Shown here piece by piece: positions 25,678 to 35,828 of a DNA stretch of 64,000 bases; within the stretch, counting starts at the first letter, position 1, and the number at the start of each line of letters is the position of its first letter. Below the pieces are notes generated by a model. That model searched no databases. It was not told where the DNA came from and worked only from the letters and a program-made list of their open reading frames with translations. Source of the DNA: a virus. Lineage: Duplodnaviria; Caudoviricetes. The stretch is from IMG/VR virus record IMGVR_UViG_3300028533_000484, positions 76,447 through 140,446 of that record; one strand, 5' to 3'. A program made the position numbers and the translations under genes.

Positions 25678-25707
25678 TAAAAAAAGGGACTTTAAAGTCC
25701 CTTTTTT
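25678..25707. terminator. Bidirectional terminator
   Basis: AAAAAGGGACT-TTAA-AGTCCCTTTTT. Confidence 0.8.
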
Positions 25708-25712
25708 AATCC

Positions 25713-26477
25713 TTATTTTGAAAAACGTCTTCTAAAGTATCTCAAAATGATTTTTTCTTGATTAGTTCGAAGCCAGGCTATCAACTCTTCTGGTCTTTGG
25801 AAAGTGTTTGGCGCTTCTAAGACAATATAATCCGATATGCAGTATTGTTTACCACTTAAAGGACTTTCTCCTCTTACTTTGTAAACATAAACATCTGTGA
25901 TTCTTCCATCTACTTCATAAGCGTATGAAGGAATCTTATGTGCTTTGTTATAAGGAACTAAAGTCTTTTTAACTTTCTCTACAAAGAGAGGCTCACCAAG
26001 AACTCTCTTACGAAGTCTTGAGAATGGGTCAGGATCCTCTACAACATAGTGAACATTAACTCTTAACTTAGGATGCTCTTTATTATATTTAGCATCTCTG
26101 TTATTAACATAGTTATCCCATATAGTTGATATAGTTCTTTTTCTCCAAGATCCTAATAAAGAAACTGGGGGTATGCCAAACAAGACTTTATCAAAGTCTT
26201 TGCGGATTGAAGATAAGTCTTCTCTCCAATAAGCACCGCCATCAGATGACCAACACCATTTGTCTGCAAATTGTAAAGATCTATCAACTTTGTTCATTAC
26301 AATTTTTTCACAAGGCTCTTCATAAGGAAAATCCTCTAAATCTGTACCAAGTTTTTCCTGAGCTTTTAATAAAGCTCTAACTTTAGCTCTTTCTTCTCTG
26401 TGGTACAAAGTTCTGTCTTTCTTATCAGTACCGCTGCAATAAGCGTATGCACCAACTTTTCTGTAACTTCTACTCAT
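25713..26477 (-). CDS. Basic hypothetical protein (MSRSYRK N-terminus)
   Basis: 254 aa; SD sequestered in a hairpin. Confidence 0.75.
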   Translation of the reverse strand: MSRSYRKVGAYAYCSGTDKKDRTLYHREERAKVRALLKAQEKLGTDLEDFPYEEPCEKIVMNKVDRSLQFADKWCWSSDGGAYWREDLSSIRKDFDKVLFGIPPVSLLGSWRKRTISTIWDNYVNNRDAKYNKEHPKLRVNVHYVVEDPDPFSRLRKRVLGEPLFVEKVKKTLVPYNKAHKIPSYAYEVDGRITDVYVYKVRGESPLSGKQYCISDYIVLEAPNTFQRPEELIAWLRTNQEKIILRYFRRRFSK

Positions 26478-26503
26478 TCGTTTCTCCTAAGTTTTTAATA
26501 AAC

Positions 26504-26524
26504 TTAGAAAACTGCAAACTTCAT
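26504..26524 (-). promoter_or_regulatory. uORF MKFAVF with an SD-sequestering hairpin
   Basis: SD AGGAGGG; ATG AAG TTT GCA GTT TTC TAA; TTCTAAGTTT/AAACTTAGGA hairpin covers the downstream SD. Confidence 0.6.
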
Positions 26525-26535
26525 CTCAAGCCCTC

Positions 26536-26673
26536 CTACAAGAACGAAAACAAAAACGATATAGCAGCAAAAGCAATTGTAATAAAAGCTACTGCTGTTG
26601 TAGTCTTTGCTATATAGTAGCGAAGATTAATTAACTTCATCTCCTCTTCAAACTGCTTCTTTAAATCATCCAT
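26536..26673 (-). CDS. Small membrane protein, 45 aa
   Basis: MDDLKKQFEEEM...AVAFITIAFAAISFLFSFL. Confidence 0.5.
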   Translation of the reverse strand: MDDLKKQFEEEMKLINLRYYIAKTTTAVAFITIAFAAISFLFSFL

Positions 26674-26711
26674 TTTACTCAATTTATGCCAACTCCCTTA
26701 TCTATAGTTAG

Positions 26712-27158
26712 TCATTTATTAGCAAATGAAATTACAAAAGTTCCTTTTCTATCCTCAAAGCCTAGTTTCTTATAGAATCCTATAGACTTTTCAACTGGCG
26801 ATAAAGCTAAATACTTTTTATTAGAGACTGCTTCTCGCATAAATAAGTTTAAAGCAGCTTCTCCAAAACCAAGACCTTTCAAATGTTTTCCAACTTCAAA
26901 AGAATCTAACCAAACAGACTTCGTTTCAACTGTATCACCTATTTGGGTAAACTTATTAGCCGAATACGCTAACAGTGCAACAGTTGTTTCTTCTTCTCTA
27001 AACTTACGAACAACTGCACACCAATTAACTTTTTTCTGATGCAGCTGTAACAGTCTTGATCTTGTAAAATCAAATGTTTTCTGAAGATCGTTTCTCAAAA
27101 AGAAATCCAAAAATTCAGAATAATCTCTAAAGTTGATTAAACTAAGGTCACCTTTCAT
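26712..27158 (-). CDS. GNAT acetyltransferase
   Basis: KGLGFGEAAL motif A, SIGFYKKLGF. Confidence 0.8.
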   Translation of the reverse strand: MKGDLSLINFRDYSEFLDFFLRNDLQKTFDFTRSRLLQLHQKKVNWCAVVRKFREEETTVALLAYSANKFTQIGDTVETKSVWLDSFEVGKHLKGLGFGEAALNLFMREAVSNKKYLALSPVEKSIGFYKKLGFEDRKGTFVISFANK

Positions 27159-27510
27159 CTCTCAACTCCTTTACTGTAGAATGTATCAACTCACTATAAG
27201 CAATCTCGGGTTCAGGATTCTTTGAAGAATATACTTTCAAAACTTCTCTATCCGGTAACAGATTATCCGGTACAGATACTAAATTATATGCTGCCAATGC
27301 TTCATCAGAAACAACGGCCTTTAATTTATCAAAAGTTGTTTGATTCATAACATATTTAATATTGTATTCAGATTCATCAAGCTTGTTAAGCCAAGTGATT
27401 ACAGGTAACTCTGGAAACAGTTTTTTAAGCCTTCGATTGAGTCTAATTTCCCGAATTTTCTGAATTTTATCTTTTATCTTTTTAAATATCTTTATCACTT
27501 TGATCCTCAA
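27148..27510 (-). CDS. Hypothetical protein
   Basis: 120 aa, coupled to the GNAT gene. Confidence 0.6.
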   Translation of the reverse strand: MRIKVIKIFKKIKDKIQKIREIRLNRRLKKLFPELPVITWLNKLDESEYNIKYVMNQTTFDKLKAVVSDEALAAYNLVSVPDNLLPDREVLKVYSSKNPEPEIAYSELIHSTVKELRDER

Positions 27511-27631
27511 CCTTTTTCCTGTTTTGTAAAAGTTTTATAATCTCAACTTTCTGCTTCAAAATTTTTATTTGAACAGGAAACGAACATCATTAAAATCGTT
27601 AATATAAAAACAATCTTTTTCATTGCTATCC

Positions 27632-27904
27632 TCACTCAATCTTGTCTATACCTGGGATAGAAAATATATCATCACTTTCAACTGCATAACTAACGCTATC
27701 AGGATATCTGCAATTGGGATATCTATAAATTGAAAAATCCATTTTCCAACCAAACTTTGCTTTCATGAACTCGTAAGCAGCTTTTAACTCTCGAGCCTCT
27801 TCAAGATTATCAAGCATGCCACCTAAACGAGACTCTTTGTATGCTTCATCAAAATTCGAAATGTCAAAACCAAACATAACTTTGAAAGCTTCATTAAAAT
27901 CCAT
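27632..27904 (-). CDS. Hypothetical protein
   Basis: SD AGGAGG. Confidence 0.65.
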   Translation of the reverse strand: MDFNEAFKVMFGFDISNFDEAYKESRLGGMLDNLEEARELKAAYEFMKAKFGWKMDFSIYRYPNCRYPDSVSYAVESDDIFSIPGIDKIE

Positions 27905-27940
27905 AACTATCCTCCTATGCTAACATCCTAAGTATAGTTT

Positions 27941-28132
27941 TTAAATTCCATAATAAATAAAATCTTCATCTATATAACCTTTCACAACCGGGTTAACACT
28001 TTCAAATCTAGAACTATTAAGTGCTGTTTTTCTAGCCTTCATTGCTTCTTCAAGAGACTCGTAACATGTTGATTGTTCAACTTCACCATTAATCAATTTT
28101 TGTAGAAAGAAATATACTTCCTTCATGAGCAT
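27941..28132 (-). CDS. Hypothetical protein
   Basis: SD AGGAG, 63 aa. Confidence 0.55.
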   Translation of the reverse strand: MLMKEVYFFLQKLINGEVEQSTCYESLEEAMKARKTALNSSRFESVNPVVKGYIDEDFIYYGI

Positions 28133-28508
28133 CTCCTTTCATGTATGTTTTTACAATAATCGTACTGTCGTTCTGATCATATTCTCTCAAAACTTCATAC
28201 CCTCTTGAATCTTTGCAATGAGTTAATCTACTATTTACATCGTACTCTTTCCAAAAGTTATATCCTTTTGAATCCTTATGATGAATTAATCTATCTTTCG
28301 AGTCATACTCTTTCCAAAACTCATAGCCATTTGAGTCCTTGTGGTGAACCATATTACCTCTTTCGTCATATTCATACCACCACTCATCTCCACTAGAATT
28401 TTTGTAGTGTAGTAATCTATTGTTAGAGTCATACCAATATTCAAATCCGCTTGAATCTCTACGGTAAACTAAATTACTATTCTCATCATATTTTTTAATT
28501 TCTTCCAT
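28089..28508 (-). CDS. YD-like tandem repeat protein
   Basis: ~21-aa repeats EYDxxxxxxHxKDSxGYExW. Confidence 0.8.
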   Translation of the reverse strand: MEEIKKYDENSNLVYRRDSSGFEYWYDSNNRLLHYKNSSGDEWWYEYDERGNMVHHKDSNGYEFWKEYDSKDRLIHHKDSKGYNFWKEYDVNSRLTHCKDSRGYEVLREYDQNDSTIIVKTYMKGDAHEGSIFLSTKID

Positions 28509-28509
28509 G

Positions 28510-28983
28510 TTAGTACCACTCCTCGTTTCCGTTTGAATCTTTATAATGTACTACTTTACCTTCGGAATCATAATCTTGCCACAACTCGTACTTATCCGAG
28601 TTTCTATAATGAATTTCATTTCCATTTTCATCATACTCTCTCCAAGATTCAAAACCTTTGGCATCTTTGAAGTAAATTTCATTACCCTGTTCATCATATT
28701 CTCGCCAACAACTACATCCATCTGAATCTTTGTAATAAATTTCGTTGTGTTTTAAATCAAAGTATCTCCAAATCTCAAAACCATCTGGATTTCTGTAATG
28801 CATGCAACTAATACAGTTACTGTTAGGATAGTATTCTCTCCAAATTTCAAGTCCGTTGGAATTCTTGAAATAAATTTCTCTACTATTTGCATCATATTCA
28901 TACCAATACTCCCAGCCCTCTGAATCTTTATAGTAAGTTAAATTACCAAGTTTATCGTACTTATCATAGTTGTCCATACACAC
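28510..28983 (-). CDS. YD-like tandem repeat protein (paralog)
   Basis: Repeats EYDxxGNEIYxKDSxGxExW. Confidence 0.8.
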   Translation of the reverse strand: MCMDNYDKYDKLGNLTYYKDSEGWEYWYEYDANSREIYFKNSNGLEIWREYYPNSNCISCMHYRNPDGFEIWRYFDLKHNEIYYKDSDGCSCWREYDEQGNEIYFKDAKGFESWREYDENGNEIHYRNSDKYELWQDYDSEGKVVHYKDSNGNEEWY

Positions 28984-29165
28984 ATCTCAGTTAAATTATA
29001 GCTAAAGGATTAATGCTTAAAATATCCTTTTATCAAACTTCTTCTTCATCTAAGCGCTTATTAACATTTTTAAATATTTCTTCATATAGCTTATAGACTT
29101 CTCCAGCACCGAAAAACACTATGAAGAATGGTGCTGTTATCAACAATAAAATAATCAAACACACA

Positions 29166-29549
29166 TTAGCTAGCATCCTCATCGTCGACCTCCTGATTAG
29201 CTGCATCTTTTAAAGCCTGAAGATTCTTAATACGGTCTGCAGTGCTTGCAATTTTAGTATCGACTGATGCTGATAAAGTCTCTAAAACTCCGCAAGGCGA
29301 ACCATCAATAAAAGTGTATTCATTTAAAAGATCTTGCATTGTAAAATTTGCTCTAGGTAAAAGTACTATATTTTCTCCATAACCTATTATCATTTCTCTA
29401 ATACCAGAATCTTTATTTATAACCCAAATTGATGGCATCTCTATTGAAAGATTAAAATCATACTCTTCGTAAAATCTGCGAGCTTTTCTCCATATTCTTC
29501 TAAAATGTTTGATAAATTCGTTACAATTTTTAAAAGGTCTGTATTCCAT
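29166..29549 (-). CDS. Hypothetical protein
   Basis: YRPF...YTFIDGSPCGV pattern common in small phage proteins; SD GAGG. Confidence 0.7.
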   Translation of the reverse strand: MEYRPFKNCNEFIKHFRRIWRKARRFYEEYDFNLSIEMPSIWVINKDSGIREMIIGYGENIVLLPRANFTMQDLLNEYTFIDGSPCGVLETLSASVDTKIASTADRIKNLQALKDAANQEVDDEDAS

Positions 29550-29559
29550 CTATGCACCT

Positions 29560-29847
29560 CTAAATAAATTCTGTAGGATTCTCAAGCAATTCTTTTATAG
29601 TTTGCCAATCAATATATTCTACGTTTTCCTTCTGGGCATAGTTCCAAATGTTTGAAATAGATGTTTCCCAATCTTCTATTTTAGAAAGCTCAGGATCATT
29701 AGCAACTTTAAAATAGATATCATCAAAAGTATATAAGATTGTATCTTGTTCAGATTCAACTTGTTCTGCGTCTTTGCAATTTGGTGTTAGTCCAAAAGCA
29801 AAACCTGTAATTAATGTGATTAAGATTGCTGTTATAAGCTTTTTCAT
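29560..29847 (-). CDS. Secreted/signal-peptide protein
   Basis: MKKLITAILITLITGFAFG signal peptide. Confidence 0.7.
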   Translation of the reverse strand: MKKLITAILITLITGFAFGLTPNCKDAEQVESEQDTILYTFDDIYFKVANDPELSKIEDWETSISNIWNYAQKENVEYIDWQTIKELLENPTEFI

Positions 29848-29981
29848 TTTTGTTTTCTCCTTTTCTAGAAAACGTCCTTGTTATAAATTTTTCAATTCCT
29901 ATTATCCAATAATATAGGTGTAAACTAGACTCTATATTCTAAAAAAGTCATACTAATTTTAATTATTAGGAGACCTAAAGA

Positions 29982-31211
29982 ATGAGAATGAAACTAAGAG
30001 AAGGAGAATTATCAATATCTAAAGCTCGCCAGATGACAGCACAAAACGGTTTTGCATTTGAAGCAAATTCTCCAGCTGAATTGAAACAATGTCTTGAGTT
30101 AATGAAAAGACAATTACGGGATATGGAAACTCACAGAGAGCAATATGAAGTAGCATTAAGAGATGGTTTCGTTATTGCTGGCTTTGGTGGCAACTTACAA
30201 GGTATCGATGTACCAGAAACATTAATGACTGGAAAAGTACCTGCAAATATGACTCCCGAACAAGCATTTGATGAAGTTATAGATTTCATGAGAAAAACTA
30301 TAAAAGAAGCTTCAAAAGCTTTGTTAAACAATCCTACTAAATCAGCATCAACATTACCAAAAAGACCAACAAGGTATCTTGAAACAAAAAAGAAGTACGG
30401 TACAGTAAAAGAGCTTTTCGAAACAGAAACAGGTATTGAACTTTATCCAAAAGATGGAACCTTAAAAGCAACAGCTATTACAGATAAGGTTGTATCAAAC
30501 AAAACAAAAAACAAATTAAGTGATTTGAAAACAGTAACATCTACAGAGAACTTAAAACCTGTTCAGTTGAAGCAAACAAAACAAGTTGTAAAGGCTTTAA
30601 AAGCAAAAGGAAAATTAACAGATATCTCGAAAGATTATGATATTGAGCCTCGACCAGATATTCAGTTTAAAGCTGATGGTAGTGCTTTAATTACACCTGA
30701 CAATGGTAAAGCATCATTCATTATAACTGATAGCGAACTTGAAAAGTTTCAAGAATCAGAAGCATTTGTAGATCCAACAACAGCAAAAATTCTTCGAAAA
30801 GCTATTCGTATGACAAAAGGTAGATCTTCAGGAGAATTGTCAATTGGTGACGAGTTGCAAATAACTTTAAGTCGACTTAGAGCTAGTGCAGTCGATCCTA
30901 TAGAGGATTCTACTTACGAAAACTTGTGCTTGAATTTAGAACCTAGTGAAGTTGAAGCACTTGCTAGATCTGTAGATCCAAAAGGTGTTCAAGAACTTGT
31001 TGCTGAAATTTCAGGACCAGAGCAAAAGTTTGAAACATTCCTTATTAACATTGGATGTACTTTCTCGAAAAGCGATAGAGGTTATGTTATTCAATCTAAC
31101 GATATTGAAAGTGCTTGGGATCAGGTAAATACATATATTATGAAAAACGACCTTTATATGGATACTTGTGAGTACGAACCTGTTGAAGGTAGATTCTTTG
31201 TAATAGTTTAG
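29982..31211 (+). CDS. Putative internal virion protein
   Basis: ACTAAT late motif; N-terminal MRMKLRE. Confidence 0.7.
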   Translation: MRMKLREGELSISKARQMTAQNGFAFEANSPAELKQCLELMKRQLRDMETHREQYEVALRDGFVIAGFGGNLQGIDVPETLMTGKVPANMTPEQAFDEVIDFMRKTIKEASKALLNNPTKSASTLPKRPTRYLETKKKYGTVKELFETETGIELYPKDGTLKATAITDKVVSNKTKNKLSDLKTVTSTENLKPVQLKQTKQVVKALKAKGKLTDISKDYDIEPRPDIQFKADGSALITPDNGKASFIITDSELEKFQESEAFVDPTTAKILRKAIRMTKGRSSGELSIGDELQITLSRLRASAVDPIEDSTYENLCLNLEPSEVEALARSVDPKGVQELVAEISGPEQKFETFLINIGCTFSKSDRGYVIQSNDIESAWDQVNTYIMKNDLYMDTCEYEPVEGRFFVIV

Positions 31212-31222
31212 GAGATTATAGA

Positions 31223-31570
31223 ATGAAAAATACATATTGGGAAGAAGAATTAGACGATTACATCAAAAAGAATCTAACTGTAGAAGAAGCAGTAAGTCTA
31301 TCAACTTTAGATTATAAGCTCCACGAAGAAGATTATCTTAGCTTTCTTGACGATGTTCACAATGTTCTAAAAATGACTTGTGACAATGTAACAAGTGTTG
31401 CATATTTTGAAGATACAGAAGCTTTAGAAATGATTAGTAAACTTTCTGGACTTTATTTCGACGGTGCAACTATTTACAGACTAAAAGATGGTTCGACAAA
31501 AGTTCTTGGTTGGAAGTGCGGAGAAGCTGGTAAAGATATTTCTGATTATCTTTTAAGTTATTATATATAG
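31223..31570 (+). CDS. Hypothetical protein
   Basis: SD AGGAG. Confidence 0.7.
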   Translation: MKNTYWEEELDDYIKKNLTVEEAVSLSTLDYKLHEEDYLSFLDDVHNVLKMTCDNVTSVAYFEDTEALEMISKLSGLYFDGATIYRLKDGSTKVLGWKCGEAGKDISDYLLSYYI

Positions 31571-31579
31571 GTAAGTTAA

Positions 31580-33730
31580 ATGAGTAATTCCAATAAGATC
31601 TTAAATCAATTTACAACTCTTTATCACGGTTCTAAAAACGGTGAATTGAGAAAGGATGAAAAACACAAATACAACTGTTTATATGTAACTCCTATTTTTG
31701 CGTATGCAGCAATGTACAGTACAGATTCTAATTCTACACATGGTTGCGTTTTCGAAATGACACCAATCAGACCGTTAAATATATTTGATGCTAACGATGA
31801 AAATGCGCTAGAGCAGTTGAAAGCAAAAGTGATAGAATTAAATCCAGGAAATACTTTAGTAAACCAGATTAAATGGAACGATCTAAAAACAAAAGACTGG
31901 TCTACTGTTTGCTTTAGAAGAGATAAAATAAGAGACGATTTACTTCTTAAAGCTGTAAAAACTCTAGGTTACGACGGTTACGTAAATATAGAATGGGATG
32001 AAGGTTGTGCTGAGAGCTACGCTGAAGGACTTGGAGGTTGTATAGAAGTTGTAAACTCAATATCTATTGGAATTTTCGATGAAAATTTACTAGAAGTTGT
32101 TGATGAGAAATATTTCGACGACTATTCAGATGATGAGCTATTTAACAAATGTCATCAAGCAGATGAGGATTTATTTATAAAATTCTTACAAGATGAAGGT
32201 CTTGGCGACTTCTATTATGATGACGAAGCTTCAGCTAAAGATTGGGCAGCAGATAATTTACCGTTCTTAGATGCAGATGAAGTAAATAATCTGTTTGATA
32301 CATATGCAAACTGTTATGATGATGAAGCTAGGGATTTCGATGAATCATCTAAAAAGAAAAATCTAACTAGTGTTTTAGGAACAATCAATGAAAAAAAATT
32401 AACTGAAAAGTACATCATTTCGACTATAGATGATGAAACAGGTAAAAGAATGTACTGGAACAATGGTGATGGAGTTTGGTATTATGGACAGTCTCAAGGC
32501 ACAACTTATGAAAATTATGACGAAGCTAGTTTGAATGTACCAGAAGCAGATTTAAATCTTCCATCAGATTCTATATATCCTGTAGAAGTATTGGAGAGCT
32601 CTAAAAGATGGAGCAAAATGAAAGAAAGCAGAGTTGCAAATGCTAATGAAGATATTTTGAAATTGATGGATTATTTCATTAGTGATTTGCAAGATAGAGG
32701 TTATAGAAAAATAACACCTGTAAGAGGTTCTGGAAAAGTTGCAGGTCCAAAAACATTCTTTGTAGTAGATAGTACCGACACAGTTAAGAGAATTGAAGTT
32801 AGTGTTGATGGACAATATGAAGATGATATTATTGCAATGTTTGATAGATATTCCGGAGGCGTTGTAGGTTCTTCTATATATCAGTTATGTACTGCAGATC
32901 CAAATAGTGCAGACCCTTCAAATCCTGAATTGATTTGGTGGGCTGGAAAAACTAAAGAAGATTTTATAAACGATCTTGCGGATATGTGGAAAGTTGTAAA
33001 GTCACAATCCCCACGAATGCAAGAATCAAAAAAGATAAAAGAAAGAGTTTTAGACTTTGATACTTATGACAAGTATTACGATGAGGGAGCAGAAGCTTAC
33101 TTTGAAGGAAAGTCCTTGAGTGAAGTTCCAATTACTGGAAATGCTTGGTTTAGAGAAGCTTGGGAAGAAGGTTGGAAAAACGCAAAAGCTTATGATGAAG
33201 AAGATGCAAGAAGACTAGAAGCTGAGTATGAAGATGAATTAGAACAGGAAGAAGCTTGTAGAGAAGGTTTGATAGAATCTGAAAATTCAAAACTTAAAAA
33301 ACTCAATTATATTGAACCTAATAATCCTCAAGCATTAGCTGATTTTATACAGGCTTGTACTAAGGATGGAGTAACAAATATTCAAACAAGGGTTATGGAC
33401 GACAGTTATATAATGGTTTTGGGAGAAGAACCTTTGAAGGAATCTAGAAGACGTTTCCACGTATATGATAGAGAGATTAGCAGTCAAATGGATTCTATTT
33501 TAGGTAGTAAAGGTATAATCATAAAGCCACAAACTACAGGTCAAGGTTTTGCACTTTACTCTATTAAGAAGCCAAACTTACAAGTAGGTGAGCTAATGTT
33601 TACTCCTGCAGCGTACTATTTAGCTGGACCTCGCGAGAACATTTATTGGGAAGGATCAACATTAGAAGAGTTCGAAACAGATGTAGAAGATATGGCTTAT
33701 GCTGTAAGAGAGATAGTTGATTCTTTATAG
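31580..33730 (+). CDS. Multidomain (polyvalent-type) protein with an N-terminal ADP-ribosyltransferase-like domain
   Basis: LYHGS...LYVT..FAYAAMY...GYDG; domains separated by KLTE/VLES/MKES/MQES/LKES linkers. Confidence 0.65.
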   Translation: MSNSNKILNQFTTLYHGSKNGELRKDEKHKYNCLYVTPIFAYAAMYSTDSNSTHGCVFEMTPIRPLNIFDANDENALEQLKAKVIELNPGNTLVNQIKWNDLKTKDWSTVCFRRDKIRDDLLLKAVKTLGYDGYVNIEWDEGCAESYAEGLGGCIEVVNSISIGIFDENLLEVVDEKYFDDYSDDELFNKCHQADEDLFIKFLQDEGLGDFYYDDEASAKDWAADNLPFLDADEVNNLFDTYANCYDDEARDFDESSKKKNLTSVLGTINEKKLTEKYIISTIDDETGKRMYWNNGDGVWYYGQSQGTTYENYDEASLNVPEADLNLPSDSIYPVEVLESSKRWSKMKESRVANANEDILKLMDYFISDLQDRGYRKITPVRGSGKVAGPKTFFVVDSTDTVKRIEVSVDGQYEDDIIAMFDRYSGGVVGSSIYQLCTADPNSADPSNPELIWWAGKTKEDFINDLADMWKVVKSQSPRMQESKKIKERVLDFDTYDKYYDEGAEAYFEGKSLSEVPITGNAWFREAWEEGWKNAKAYDEEDARRLEAEYEDELEQEEACREGLIESENSKLKKLNYIEPNNPQALADFIQACTKDGVTNIQTRVMDDSYIMVLGEEPLKESRRRFHVYDREISSQMDSILGSKGIIIKPQTTGQGFALYSIKKPNLQVGELMFTPAAYYLAGPRENIYWEGSTLEEFETDVEDMAYAVREIVDSL

Positions 33731-33737
33731 GTTATAT

Positions 33738-34406
33738 TTAGAGGTTCAAGTTATCTAGAACCTCTGATATGTCCTCGTAAGATTCATTTAATACACTTTC
33801 ATAAATGTCGTATGTATCGTTTTTTAATTTGTAATACTTATCTTTTTGAATGCTGAAGGCCAATTCTTTAGATTGGTCTACAGTACTACATTCATATACA
33901 GTGGTTTTAAATCCTGGAAAAATATCTTTATCTTCATAAATCCTATCAATTCTAAACTTTCCAAAAGTAATAACTTCTTCTTGGTATCTAAATCTTTCCA
34001 AGTCAACTTCGTGTTCATTGCTATGAATTATTAGTTTGCTATTATAGTCTACAGGAAGACCTTTTACATTCTTTAAAACAATGATAGTGTCTATATCCGC
34101 ATCGCTGGAACAATCCTGCATAAATTTTGTTATAAGCTCTTCATCAGGTTTTTTAGAAGTTGTAGAAGTCAATTGCTTAAAAGTTATAATATCTCCTACA
34201 TCTTTATCGAATATGTAACTATCTTTTCCTTTTCTGTGAGAGACTTCCCAATCATCTTCGCTTGCCAACATTCTGTACAAAGCAGGATATGTTTTGCCTG
34301 AAATAATTTTTTTATAAAAAGCAGAAGATGCATATTTATTTACATCTCTATATTGTCCTCTCACAAAACAATTTAAGTTATCGTTATAGTTGTGAAATCT
34401 CTTCAT
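33738..34406 (-). CDS. R-S-E clade ADP-ribosyltransferase (Alt/Mod-like)
   Basis: LYR...FKQLTSTTS...QEEVI catalytic pattern; late promoter. Confidence 0.7.
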   Translation of the reverse strand: MKRFHNYNDNLNCFVRGQYRDVNKYASSAFYKKIISGKTYPALYRMLASEDDWEVSHRKGKDSYIFDKDVGDIITFKQLTSTTSKKPDEELITKFMQDCSSDADIDTIIVLKNVKGLPVDYNSKLIIHSNEHEVDLERFRYQEEVITFGKFRIDRIYEDKDIFPGFKTTVYECSTVDQSKELAFSIQKDKYYKLKNDTYDIYESVLNESYEDISEVLDNLNL

Positions 34407-34453
34407 AATCTATTTAGTAAAGGTACCATACTAACTAATAGCGAGGAAGAAAA

Positions 34454-35785
34454 ATGAAACTGTATAGAGGTATAGTAAAAGGTAGACAAAGACAGTTAAA
34501 GACACAAGGTACAGGAATGTGGTTTACCTCATCTTTAAAAGTTGCTAAAACATATTCTGATACAATTGAAACTTGGGAATTAGATGAAGATTTAGATTTG
34601 GAAGGTATTCAAATCGATTGCCAACAGCGAAGTTGGAATGAAGTAAATACAGATGCATATGCTCGTAAGTACAAAGATTACGATGTTATTATTTTCAAAG
34701 ATATTGTAGATGTAGGACCTTTAGTACTAAACTATGCTAAAATTGATGATAGACCTGTAAAAGAGAACTTCAAAGATTTCACTGCAGATACAGTTGTTGT
34801 AAACAATCTTGATTGTATAAAAAAGGTTCAAAAAGAAATACTAAAAGAGTTTGATGGTGACTGGATGGATGATGGTGCAAAACTTAATGCCGTCAAAGTA
34901 GAAGATCTTATAGAGGATAAATATTTAGATAAGGCCTTAGAGTACTATGAATTATTTGAGGAGCTTACTTTAAGAGGTGACTATAAAAAAGCAGAAGATA
35001 GATCCGAAGAGGATATTGAAAAGGATCAAAAAGCCACTGAATTACTCAAAAAATTACAAACAAATACAGATCCTGCTCTAGCTTATGGATTCATGCTTTA
35101 TGACGAATCATCCATTGCAAAAGCTTATTGGAAAAAGAGAGTAGGAGATAGAAAAGATCCTCATACAAAACAACCTTGGACTAGACCAGAAAAACAGGCA
35201 GATTGGCTTTACGAAGTTTATTTGGTTTTGACAGACCAGAATCCTAAATACAAAGATCATTTGTACTATTACAAGTTTACAGATGCTACAGGTAAATTCA
35301 ACATAATGAATAATTTCAAAATGCATTGGAATATGTACATGCTTCCTGAATTGGCTAGATCTATTTTCAAAAGAAATGTCAAAGATTTTAAATCCTTAAG
35401 CGATTCTAAAAACGATTTTGAAATAGCTGCTGATTACTCAGTTGAGGATGTAGACAACTTTTTACTTGTAGAAGATTTTATAAAATACTTTGCTAAGAAA
35501 GGGCCTGTAAAAGCAAATTCTGGAAGCTCTTTACAAGGTTTAACTTGGAAGAAGGTATTAGAGGAACTTATAAAAAATAAAGATGAAAGTGCTGTAAAAC
35601 TCTCAAAAGCTCTTAATATTTCTTCTCCAGCCATGCTTCCCAAATTAAAAGATGAACTTAAAAAAGATCTGAAAAAGTTTGATATAGATCAAGATAGTTT
35701 TGCAAAGTACATATCAAAATATGATAGCATTGCTTTAGATATTCTAAATGGAAAAGATGTAACATTCTCCGATATTGAAGGTTGA
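34454..35785 (+). CDS. Protein with an N-terminal ADP-ribosyltransferase-like domain
   Basis: LYRG...GMWFTSSLKVAKTY...YDVIIFKDIVD; ILKE linker. Confidence 0.6.
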   Translation: MKLYRGIVKGRQRQLKTQGTGMWFTSSLKVAKTYSDTIETWELDEDLDLEGIQIDCQQRSWNEVNTDAYARKYKDYDVIIFKDIVDVGPLVLNYAKIDDRPVKENFKDFTADTVVVNNLDCIKKVQKEILKEFDGDWMDDGAKLNAVKVEDLIEDKYLDKALEYYELFEELTLRGDYKKAEDRSEEDIEKDQKATELLKKLQTNTDPALAYGFMLYDESSIAKAYWKKRVGDRKDPHTKQPWTRPEKQADWLYEVYLVLTDQNPKYKDHLYYYKFTDATGKFNIMNNFKMHWNMYMLPELARSIFKRNVKDFKSLSDSKNDFEIAADYSVEDVDNFLLVEDFIKYFAKKGPVKANSGSSLQGLTWKKVLEELIKNKDESAVKLSKALNISSPAMLPKLKDELKKDLKKFDIDQDSFAKYISKYDSIALDILNGKDVTFSDIEG

Positions 35786-35828
35786 AAAGTGCTAATTGAT
35801 TGATCGAACAATTATAGGAATTTAATTA

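Noticed and set aside
28089-28983. CRISPR array or DGR template/variable repeat
   Set aside because: The repeats are degenerate in-frame protein repeats; no constant repeat-spacer pattern, adenine-specific pair or reverse transcriptase is in the window.
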